Source: Vermamoeba vermiformis (Eukaryota). Taken from it: a DNA stretch of 47,880 nt. The notes under the pieces are model-generated. The model saw nothing but the letters and a program-made list of their open reading frames with translations. It was not told the origin of the DNA and searched no databases. Below, in pieces: positions 37,203 to 46,800 of this stretch. Positions within the stretch are counted from its first letter, which is position 1. Every line of letters starts with the position of its first letter. The translations under genes and the position numbers were made by a program. The stretch spans positions 1 through 47,880 of the forward strand of contig JBEWZL010000196.1 in assembly GCA_045837725.1 (NCBI GenBank), written 5' to 3'.

Positions 37203-38222
37203 ATGGAGCGAGATCTCGTCTCTCCGTTCAAGAAACTGTCACACGTGCCTATTTATAAGGAGCGGGAGGATATGAATATTGACTCTGCTAAAGTCAATAG
37301 TTTCATTGCTGCCGTTGATCCGATTCCTGATCCTGACACGCAACGTCAACAATGCTTTGAATGGTTCACCAACCTAGCTCTCACCGTTCAAATCTTCAGT
37401 CTCAACTCTGCCGAGCTTCTACGTGCTCTGATGACTCGATTGGCTTCTCACAAGCACCACATCCAAAAGTGTCTCAATGTTGACGATCCGCACAAAATTC
37501 TCGAGAATCTTTCTGCAAGCATTCTCAGAGTTAAGGCCTACGCTAGTCTCGATGAAATCCTCAATTTTAGAATGACTTTTAACGAAACTGTTGAAAGTTA
37601 TTTTAATCGAGCGGTGGAACTTACAACCCGCTCAGATCTTAAAAGCGAATCTCAACAACTCGATCTGATCCTCAAAGGTTTGCCCAACGACTGGAAAGCT
37701 CAAATGGTCACGTTTCCCGAAGCCAAGAATGTAGAAGAACTCTACCAGCAACTCATTCAACTCGAAGATCGTCGCAGAAAGTTATTCCGACCTAAATCCG
37801 GATCTGAACAGAGAAATGTCAAACGAACGCCAGAAAAATCCAAAAATTCTGGTAAGCAACAAAACGGTTCCAATTCTACGGCCAATATCACCTGCTTTGC
37901 TTGTGGTGGTAAAGGTCATTATTCGTACGAGTGCAACGTTGCATCTGACACTGCACGCGAAACTTTGCCCTTCGATCCTCGCAACGTCACAGTTCGCAAG
38001 AAAGATTATCGTACCTCGCCATCAGCCCCTTCTCAGCCCCAGAAGAGTTCAACTCCGTCAGATACGTCTCGCTATGTTGCTCGCTCGCCCTACAAACCAC
38101 CTGGTCAACGCCCACACGACATCGCCGAAGTCCACGAGATGAATTATGCTCCTCAACATGTCCAATCAGCCCCTAACAACAACAACGTGAGATCTGTGCC
38201 TGGATCTCGTCCGGAAAACTAG
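37203..38222 (+). CDS. gag: Gag
   Basis: Capsid-like ETVESYFNR..EL...ILKGLP and zinc knuckle CFACGGKGHYSYEC. Confidence 0.9.
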   Translation: MERDLVSPFKKLSHVPIYKEREDMNIDSAKVNSFIAAVDPIPDPDTQRQQCFEWFTNLALTVQIFSLNSAELLRALMTRLASHKHHIQKCLNVDDPHKILENLSASILRVKAYASLDEILNFRMTFNETVESYFNRAVELTTRSDLKSESQQLDLILKGLPNDWKAQMVTFPEAKNVEELYQQLIQLEDRRRKLFRPKSGSEQRNVKRTPEKSKNSGKQQNGSNSTANITCFACGGKGHYSYECNVASDTARETLPFDPRNVTVRKKDYRTSPSAPSQPQKSSTPSDTSRYVARSPYKPPGQRPHDIAEVHEMNYAPQHVQSAPNNNNVRSVPGSRPEN

Positions 38223-38272
38223 AACGCGACAAGAGTCAAGGCTCAACTGTTGTCGCGCAGTTATTAGAGCCT
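38213..38272 (+). promoter_or_regulatory. Putative -1 ribosomal frameshift signal
   Basis: Heptamer G_GAA_AAC directly before the gag TAG; pol is open in the -1 frame. Stem CGCGACAA/TTGTCGCG starts 5 nt downstream, and the loop AGGCTC can pair with GAGCCT. Confidence 0.65.
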
Positions 38273-41200
38273 ATGGATAAGAACAATGCGACCGACCACA
38301 ACAACAAACCCGACACTCGCCCGCACATCCGTCTCGAAATTAATGACACTGCAGTGGATGCACTGGTTGACTCCGGAGCGTCTTTCACATTAATGAGAGT
38401 CGATGTCTACAATGCCCTACCCAACAAACCACCCCTCCAACCTCGATTCGCCAACTTGGGAGCGCTCAACGATACGCCGATCCCGAACATTGGTGAAATT
38501 TATGGATCAGTACGTATTAATTTGGTCACCTGGATAATACCAATTATTATCGTACCCCATATGCGCTCGCAATTTATTCTAGGGAATGATTTCCTCAGAA
38601 AATATCAAGCGTTACTAGATCAAGACAACAATCAACTCGTACTTCGCACTGACCCCAAGCACTCGCCCGTTACTCAAGAACGACAATTCATGAATATTCC
38701 GCCAGTCACTCCAATTCATCAAAAGCTCTATTTGGACGAAGAATTAGTTTTGGATCCGCGCACTCGAATCACTTATCAACTTCCAAACAACCGTGGCTCA
38801 TTCTCTGGCATAGTAGAACCTAGCACACGCTTCAGACGCCTCTTCAAAGCTTCAGTTGGTCGTACTCTTAGTGCTGTCCGCAACGGAGTAATGTACGTTC
38901 AATTTCTAAATATGGAATATCACGCCGTTACTATTCCTGCTGGTACTTTAATTGGACACTTTGTGCCCTACGATGACATCATCCTTCAACACCATCAAGG
39001 TCAAATCGCTTCTGTCGACAATGCTCAAGTCCCTGCCGCTCAGAAAGAAGAATTCTTCAAGAAATTGGATCACTCGTTCCGAAAGTCCAAGATCAACACT
39101 GTTCAGTCACTCGCTCTTAAAGAAGTCTTGTTTCACTACCGTGATTTATTTGCCGACAATGACGAAGGAATGACAAATGTGTCAAACGTCAAATGTCACA
39201 TCAATTTGACAGATCCGAATTCTCAGCCAGTTCAAGAACGACTCCGACGCACAACGCCACAACAGAAAGCCGTAATTGATGAAGAGATAGATTATATGCT
39301 TAAGAACAACGTAATAGAACCGTCTGAATCGCCATGGGCCGCGCCTGTCCATCTCGTCAAAAAGAAGAACGGAACATTTCGCTTTTGTATCGACTTTAGA
39401 GGGCTCAACGCCCTTACCAAGAAGGACGCCTATCCCCTGCCACGTATCGACGACACCCTGGATTCACTCGCAGGCATGGTTTACTTCACTACACTGGATG
39501 CACGAAAAGGCTATTGGCAAATCCTCATGAACGTCAACGACCGCGAGAAAACAGCTTTTGTATCACACAGAGGCTTGTTTCAATTCAAACGAATGCCTTT
39601 TGGTTTAACGAACGCACCAGCAACATTTCAGCGAATGATGGATCTCGTACTTAGCGGTTTGCTCTATGAAATATGCTTAGTTTACATAGACGATATTATT
39701 ATCTTCTCACGAAACTTTGAAGAACACCTCAAGAATATTCAAACAGTCCTAGATCGTCTTCGCAGCGCGAACATCAAGCTGTCACCGGAGAAATGCAACT
39801 TTTGTCTCGAAGAAATTCCGTTCCTTGGCCACATCATCTCGTCAAAAGGATGCAGTCCTAATCCCGACAAAGTCGCTGCTATCATTAATTGGCCTGTCCC
39901 TCAACACAAGTCCGAACTGAAGAGTTTCCTTGGTATTGCCGGTTATTATCGCAGATTTATTCCTGATTTTGCAACGATCGCCGAACCACTGACATCGCTG
40001 ACATCGAAGAAAGCTATTTTTAAATGGGAGTCTACTCAACAACGCGCATTCAACAGTCTCAAGCTCGCACTCACGACAAAGCCTGTACTACGCTTCCCAG
40101 ACTTCAACAAAGACTTTGTGCTCTACACCGACGCCTCAGATGTTGGTATTGGCGCCGTTCTCGAACAGCCTCAAGAAGATCCGCAACAGCCCTCAGTCAT
40201 TGCCTACTGGAGTCGCGTATTGGACGCCGCCGAACGAAACTACACAACTACGGAGAAAGAATGCCTTGCTTTCGTGGACGCCTGCAAAATTTTCCGACCT
40301 TATTTAATTGGAAGAAAATTCACTGTTATTTTAGATCATATCGCGCTTAAATGGCTCAAAGAAACGACTGATACGAACTCAAGAATTTGCCGCTGGTCAT
40401 TGAAATTGCAAGACTACGACTTCGACATAGTTCATCGCCCTGGTTCAACACACTCGAACGCTGACGCTCTCTCGCGCATTCCTGCTCGCTCAAATGATAT
40501 TGCTGCTGTTTATGAAGACACTACTTTCGACACTATTCTCAAGAATCTCAACATCGCTCAATTAGAAGACCCGATAATCTCGCGCTACTTCAGATATCTC
40601 AAAGAAGGAGTTTTCGACACTGACGACAAGAATGAAGTTCAACGAATTTATATGGAATGCAAAGACTTGGTCCTTGGTCCTGACAACATCGTCTATAGAA
40701 GCTTCGCTCCTGCTGCTCACAATCGTAGATTTGATCCCGCGTATCAACTAGTTATTCCGCTATCGATGCGCTACCAGATCCTGCAACTGTGCCACGACTC
40801 TAAGATGGGTGCTCATTTAGGATTTTTCAAGACTCTAGACCGTGTTCGACAACGATTCTACTGGCCCAACATGCAACGCGACATCCGCAACTACGTTCTC
40901 AGCTGTGAATTCTGCAACAAAAGAAAATTCCGTCGCCACCCCAAATTTGGAAAAATGGGAAGAGTTCAAGGAAAATTTCCATTCGATGTTATTGGCGTCG
41001 ATATTCTAGGCCCGCTCAAGAAATCGCACAATGGCAACAAGTACATCGTAGTATTTATTGATTATTTTACGAAGTTAGTAGAAGCCTTCGCAGTTCCCGA
41101 CATGGAAGCTCAGACAATCGCCAAATTACTTCTCGACGAAGTAGTCTTTCGCTATGGTGCTCCGTCAAGAATTCTCTCAGACAAAGGATCGCAGTTCACG

Positions 41201-42367
41201 TCACAACTTCTCAAAGATCTGACAACCTTCTTGCAAACGAAGAAAATATTCACAACGCCGTATCATCCTCAAACCGATGGTTTGGTTGAGAAATTTAATC
41301 AAACTTTAGCAACAATGCTCTCCGCGTTCGTCACCCGTGCCGAAAAGAATTGGGATGAAAATCTCCGTGCCGTCATCTTCTCTTACAACACTGTCATGCA
41401 AGCATCAACTGGTTATAGTCCCGCAGAACTCGTTTACGGAAGAATTTTACGCCTGCCTTGCGATCTGGATTTGATCCGTTCTAAAAATACAGATCCGACC
41501 ACGCTCAACGAATGGGTCCGCGAGCAGCTCTACAAGCTCAACGACGCCTACAAACTTGCTAATAAAGCTCTCGACAAAGCCCACGCTCATCAGAAGAAGA
41601 ATTACGACAAAGGAAAGTCCGCTCACGAATTCAACATTGGTGATCTCGTCTACAAGAAGATTCCAGTCATCTCTGGTCAGAAGAAATTTCAACCTCGATA
41701 TGAAGGCCCTTTCAAGGTTATAGAAAAATTGAATAATTTGACATATTTAATCGCATCCGAATCTGATCCCGCTCAACGATTCCACATTCACATCGAGAAA
41801 TTAGCGCCAGTCACTCTTCGCGACCCAGCGCTCATGCCGCAACCGAAAATTAAGGAGAAGAGAGTTAAAGAAGAAGTAGAAGAAAAAGAAGAAGAAGATC
41901 TCGACATACACTTGCTTGAAAATTCAACTATCGCTCCTGACACCCCCGAAACGAAGCCTGAAGAAGAAAAATTACCCGAGACATTGTACGAAGAAGAAGG
42001 AAAATCAGCTGCTGAAATTCTCGAAGAAATTTATAACGCAGAAGAACCCGAAGTTCAACCACGATCCAGACGCCGCCAATTGTCCGCTCTCGACACCTTT
42101 TATTTGCTGCGCGATGAATTGTCCCGCCTCAAACTCGACATTGAGCGAATGCCTCACTACCCGCTCATCAAGATCTCGAAGAAGCTAAAAGAATTACTTG
42201 GCACTGGATCTGCCTTTGTTCTCAGCTCGCTCTCTCGTAAATTCGACAAAGAAATCCCTCAGATCAAGACTCGCGCCGAATCACTTGCCTACATCGCCGA
42301 TCTGCTCGATCACTTTGACATCCGCTTCGCAAAGGAAATCACACGACTCAATTTTAGTAAGAAATAG
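38273..42367 (+). CDS. pol: Pol polyprotein (protease, RT, RNase H, integrase)
   Basis: LVDSGAS; RMPFGLTNAPATFQ and YIDD; TDAS; H-x6-H...CEFC, then D/SDKG/E integrase core; RYEGPF motif; no stops. Confidence 0.97.
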   Translation: MDKNNATDHNNKPDTRPHIRLEINDTAVDALVDSGASFTLMRVDVYNALPNKPPLQPRFANLGALNDTPIPNIGEIYGSVRINLVTWIIPIIIVPHMRSQFILGNDFLRKYQALLDQDNNQLVLRTDPKHSPVTQERQFMNIPPVTPIHQKLYLDEELVLDPRTRITYQLPNNRGSFSGIVEPSTRFRRLFKASVGRTLSAVRNGVMYVQFLNMEYHAVTIPAGTLIGHFVPYDDIILQHHQGQIASVDNAQVPAAQKEEFFKKLDHSFRKSKINTVQSLALKEVLFHYRDLFADNDEGMTNVSNVKCHINLTDPNSQPVQERLRRTTPQQKAVIDEEIDYMLKNNVIEPSESPWAAPVHLVKKKNGTFRFCIDFRGLNALTKKDAYPLPRIDDTLDSLAGMVYFTTLDARKGYWQILMNVNDREKTAFVSHRGLFQFKRMPFGLTNAPATFQRMMDLVLSGLLYEICLVYIDDIIIFSRNFEEHLKNIQTVLDRLRSANIKLSPEKCNFCLEEIPFLGHIISSKGCSPNPDKVAAIINWPVPQHKSELKSFLGIAGYYRRFIPDFATIAEPLTSLTSKKAIFKWESTQQRAFNSLKLALTTKPVLRFPDFNKDFVLYTDASDVGIGAVLEQPQEDPQQPSVIAYWSRVLDAAERNYTTTEKECLAFVDACKIFRPYLIGRKFTVILDHIALKWLKETTDTNSRICRWSLKLQDYDFDIVHRPGSTHSNADALSRIPARSNDIAAVYEDTTFDTILKNLNIAQLEDPIISRYFRYLKEGVFDTDDKNEVQRIYMECKDLVLGPDNIVYRSFAPAAHNRRFDPAYQLVIPLSMRYQILQLCHDSKMGAHLGFFKTLDRVRQRFYWPNMQRDIRNYVLSCEFCNKRKFRRHPKFGKMGRVQGKFPFDVIGVDILGPLKKSHNGNKYIVVFIDYFTKLVEAFAVPDMEAQTIAKLLLDEVVFRYGAPSRILSDKGSQFTSQLLKDLTTFLQTKKIFTTPYHPQTDGLVEKFNQTLATMLSAFVTRAEKNWDENLRAVIFSYNTVMQASTGYSPAELVYGRILRLPCDLDLIRSKNTDPTTLNEWVREQLYKLNDAYKLANKALDKAHAHQKKNYDKGKSAHEFNIGDLVYKKIPVISGQKKFQPRYEGPFKVIEKLNNLTYLIASESDPAQRFHIHIEKLAPVTLRDPALMPQPKIKEKRVKEEVEEKEEEDLDIHLLENSTIAPDTPETKPEEEKLPETLYEEEGKSAAEILEEIYNAEEPEVQPRSRRRQLSALDTFYLLRDELSRLKLDIERMPHYPLIKISKKLKELLGTGSAFVLSSLSRKFDKEIPQIKTRAESLAYIADLLDHFDIRFAKEITRLNFSKK

Positions 42368-42399
42368 TTATTTTTATTATATATATACCACTTCAATAT

Positions 42400-42412
42400 A
42401 AGGAAGGGAGAA
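42400..42412 (+). other. Polypurine tract
   Basis: AAGGAAGGGAGAA directly before the 3' LTR. Confidence 0.85.
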
Positions 42413-42546
42413 TGTAACGAATTGCGAATATCGTTGGAACGATATTGCGCATCGTTAGGGAAATGTCCCTTTCGATAGCATAAATAGCGCTGTAACTATC
42501 ACAATAAACGTCTTCTTATCCTACTCCTTGTCTTACAATCATTTCA
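42413..42546 (+). repeat. 3' LTR (134 bp)
   Basis: Identical to the 5' LTR; followed by TSD ATGCA. Confidence 0.95.
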
Positions 42547-43487
42547 ATGCAATTCCATTTCAGGATCTGTTATTTGTTTCGCGTTACTTACAGTATAACG
42601 GAAGAAGTGAATAGAGCTGGAGCCATCTTCATTGTACATTCGTCCAGTCAAGCGTCGATCCCAAACAGTTGTTCCGGATACGTAACGGCCAGTATCGTTC
42701 AAGACCGATTTGAACGTCGCAGAGTCGCTAGCGCAAACAGACATGAGAAATGCAGATGCAGTGTAGTTCATTTCTTTGGCTGCTTGAATAAAAGCAAGAC
42801 ATCCAGGACCCCAAACGGCTCCGGCTACCAAATCCGGATTGAATGCTTGCAGTTGAGCGATGGCACCCTTCATATACTCTCGTGCACTATCGGTAAGCTT
42901 TGGAGAGTAGGGCACAGCAATGTCTAAGACGATTTCAAGCTTGTTGTCCGTAGCACCGTTGATCGCACCTTTTCGGATGGCTTGAAAAAAAAGATCGTTT
43001 GTACCGCTCTCTCTGACAATGGCTATTGTCTTTGCTCCCTTGACTCTAGCCAATGAGATTGCAGGAGGAAAGATACTTGAAGCGCTTGGCTGAACTCCAA
43101 CCATGTATTCGAATCTGCGACCCGTGGCGGATGTGCATGGAGTAAATAGGTTCTCATCGCACTCGAATAGGGTTGGCGAGGCACCTCCTAGTAAAATAAG
43201 TATATTACAACCCGCTATAAGCCGTCTTCTGATCACATTCGTAAACTCGAAAAAATTTAGTTGCCTTATTTGGCAAAAGTCTACGAATTAAAGCTAGCTT
43301 TCAGTGAAATAATTTGCAATTAAATTGGCGCTATTTTTAAATCATCGAAATTGTGAAATCGTAACTTACCAGCAGCGCAACTAAGAATTTTGTGCTTTTC
43401 AGCCTCGATCGCGTGCACTTCCGTCAAGGACGATGAGAATGGGACTAGCATCGCATGAACTTCACCATAAGTACCATTAGCAACCGC

Positions 43488-43499
43488 TCTAATAGCATT
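43488..43499 (-). repeat. LINE target-site duplication, copy 2
   Basis: Minus strand reads ...TTCATTCATTC-AATGCTATTAGA-GCGGTT. Confidence 0.85.
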
Positions 43500-43877
43500 G
43501 AATGAATGAATTTTTATTTTCTGATTTCTCGAAAAGACACGTACAGAGCGGTACTACGGGGAGTTCAACCCACATGCCAAAACGTATATACAATAGCAGC
43601 GCGTGCCGTTCTCGCGTGAGCTCACCACAGACGAACTTAATCATCGCGTGGATGTTTCATACTCGATGTGGCTTGGGCTGCTGTGTTCAAGGCCTAGAAA
43701 AAGGTAGGTGACCTAAAAAGATGAAAAATAAATGAAGGGGGGGGTGCGGGGGGTCTCCCCCCGATTCCTCCCTGAAAATTAATTAATTAAAAATATTACT
43801 GCGAGATGCGGTTCTAATTTTCGTTTTTGCGCTCCAGTAATAGCGCGTAATTAATAATAATATTGTACGAATTTATG

Positions 43878-46800
43878 TTATTGTTTTCTCTTGCCCTCGT
43901 TCTTCTTGTTTTCGATCTCGTGCATAATCTCTTCTAAAAACTCGACCTTTCGCTGATAAATTTCTTTGGTGGACGTTTTGTTGATGCGCGATGTCCAGTA
44001 ACAATTCAGTCGCTCTTTTAATAAAATTACCGTTAATTTGCCGCGGTACCTCATTACCTTGTCCTTGTTAGTTATCGCGCTTCTAACATTATTCTTTAGA
44101 TTGGCCTCCACTGTGCCCGCTAGTGGACGTCCCCTCAAGAATATCTCCGTCTCCTTGCAGTGGAGTAGAGTGTGTTCCGATCCGTTTGTTGCTTCGCCGC
44201 AGAGAACGCAGTGCGACTCTACTGCCCCGTTCTCGAGTCTACGCCTTGGTTCGACGCGCCCTGATACCCATATGTAGTAGAATGATACGTACTCTGGCGT
44301 GAGTTTGAGTTGATCTGTTTTCCATACGTTTCTAACTTTGATACCTGACAGTTTCTCAAGCATCAAGTGGTACACTAGCTTGTTGGGCAACCCTGTAGGG
44401 TCTTGTATGGGGAGATCTACTCGCACTGATGCTCGTTGGCATGCCTCGCTTGGGGTTTGAACTTCGAGGACCTTTTTGGTCCGTCTACTGAAGAGGACTG
44501 TCACTGGAATCAAGGCTGTCTTTCTCTCGGTAAGCTGCCCTCTCTTTTTGCTGCTGTGATGATATCCTAGGATCGCATTGTTGTTTGAGATACTTTTAAC
44601 AATGTACGGGGCTTCTAATTTATTGCCCCGTATGACCCCAACCCATTGCTTGGCCTGAACGTCTGTGTTACGGGCCCCTATTATATTCCATGCTGCACGG
44701 GCATGATCAAATATTCTAGACGTTTTCTCTTTCCGTTTGGGTTTATCCCATAACAGAGGGTGAATAGGGTTCTTGTCTAGTGACCTTTCGAAGTACTTGT
44801 CCATGAGTGGTCGCCATGCCAGTTGGACCTGAGGATTGAGGTATTTTGACACCCAGGCTGCTTGCAAGCCAAGTGCCTTGGGCCTAATTTTATGGATTCC
44901 TATGCCTCCCATAGATTTGGGGTGTGTTAGGTCTGTTATTGAGATGATGCATCTAGCACGTTTGCCACGCATAAATCTGTGTATGAGGGCCTCAGTTTCC
45001 TTGATCACTGCATCGGAGGGAGGCGAGATACTGGCCAGATACCAGAACTTGGATAGGGCAAGGCTGTTAATGACCATTGCCTTAGCAAATAGACTCAACC
45101 CTGCCTTGTTCCATCTGTTGAGTACCATTCTGGATCCCTTGATTGCCTTTTGCCAGTAGTCATCTAGGCTCACTTGATATCCAACTTTGAATCCCAAGTA
45201 GCGCTCACCTTTGTTGATTGATACAGATTGAACCCCTCTAAATGCTGCTGGGATGTAGTTTAGCTGATGCCAAGTTCCTGTGGTCATAACACTGGACTTG
45301 TTGACATTCATTTTGGCTGCTGTGGCTTTGCAGAAATTGTTTAAATGAGTCATTAGTCGCTCTGCATCCTTTTCTGAGGTTGCTGCGAGTGCTGTATCAT
45401 CTGCGTAACCTGAGTTGACTACCTTGGACTGCTTATCTAGTTTGAAGCCACTAATGGACTTGTCTTCTAGGATACTGCAGTGAAGGAGCTCATTGACTAT
45501 TACAAACAGCATTGGTGATAGTGGACAGCCTTGTCTTACTCCTGAGCGGATTTGAAATGGAGCACTGCGATGCCCATTGACTGCAACTCGTGCCCAGCAG
45601 CTGCGATATATAGCCTTAATAGCATTGGTAAAGGCCGTTGGAAAGCCAAGTCCTGCCAGGGTTTCGTGCATTGCCCTGTGTGCCACTCTATCAAAAGCTT
45701 TCTCCCAGTCAACGAACAGCAGGGCCATGTTCTCGTTGGCTAGGACAGCCTCTTCAATGATAGACTGTATGAGGATAATATTGTTTCTGATGTCCCGCTC
45801 AGGAATAAAGCCGGTTTGGTGGTTGCCTATAATTTTACCTAGTATAGGGCCTAGGCGGAGAGCTAGGACTTTTGCAAAGATTTTGTAGACTGTGTTGGTG
45901 AGAGATATTGGGCGCCAGTCTCCTGGGCTGGTGCCCTCTGCAGGTGTGGCTTTCTTGCGCAGGAGAGAGATATCTGCATCCTCAAAGCACTTTGGGGCTT
46001 TGCCTGTAATCAGTATTTCGGAGAACGCCTTGGCTAGAACTGGTGTCCAGTGCGTAAGGTGTTTTTTGAACAGCCTTGCTGTGAGGCCATCTGGTCCAGG
46101 GGCTTTGTCAGGGGCCATTTCTTTTATTGCTACTTCCACATCTCCTTCTGAGATGTCCTGAGACAGGGCTGCACTGTCTTCTGCCGAGATTTGGATATGA
46201 TGTTTCTTGGCAATGTCGATAGACTCCTGAAGTTGACGCTCATCTACCTCTTTATGTGCATATAATTCCTTGTAATAGTCCCGGAAGACCTCAAGCATTT
46301 TGTCTGGATCATTTGTGACTCTGTTCTGATATTTGACATTGCAGATAGGGTCTGAGGTTTTGAATCTGTTCCTACTAAAGAAGTGTTTGGTAGGTCGCTC
46401 TGCTTTTGTAGCTCGGTACCGCCAGTATGGCTGAACAGACTCCTTCTGTTCTTTGAGGTGCTGCAGTTTGCTGACAAGTGTTAAGTGTTGCATTGCCTCC
46501 CACCTGTTTTCCAAGTCTTTTTCAGCACACAGCTCTGTTACAATCCCTGTCATTGCATCTCTTAGGGCGTCTCTTTTCCGCTGTGGTTTCTGATTCAGAT
46601 CGAATTGCGTGTTTGACGCCAGCTCAATGACCTGCTTCATGATGTAGTCGAGGTGAGTGACCCACTTCTTGTTTGGTGGCTTTGGCTGTTTAAGTACGTT
46701 CTCTAGCTTCTCCTTGAATGGATTGTCGTATATGGTAGCTGTAGTTATTCTCCACCTAGGTTGTCCCACATTGACCACTTTCTTTATGAGTGCAACGTGG

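Larger units (their letters stand above)
37043..42546 (+). mobile_element. Intact Ty3/gypsy LTR retrotransposon (5.5 kb)
   Basis: TG...CA LTRs, 5-bp TSD ATGCA (37038-37042 and 42547-42551), PBS, PPT, and gag plus pol in PR-RT-RH-IN order. Confidence 0.97.
35561..43499 (-). pseudogene. Remainder of the family C (GABA-B/Grl-like) GPCR: Venus-flytrap domain, 7TM and coiled-coil tail
   Basis: Exons ~43499-43370, 43187-42592 and 36979-35561. 7tm_3 motifs C.LRYWLAGVGFVLMFSALLTKTWRVWRIF, YKGILIIGG and YNESKFILIAMYN. Intron 36980-42591 contains the gypsy element. Separated from its 5' end by the LINE and the inversion. Confidence 0.88.
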
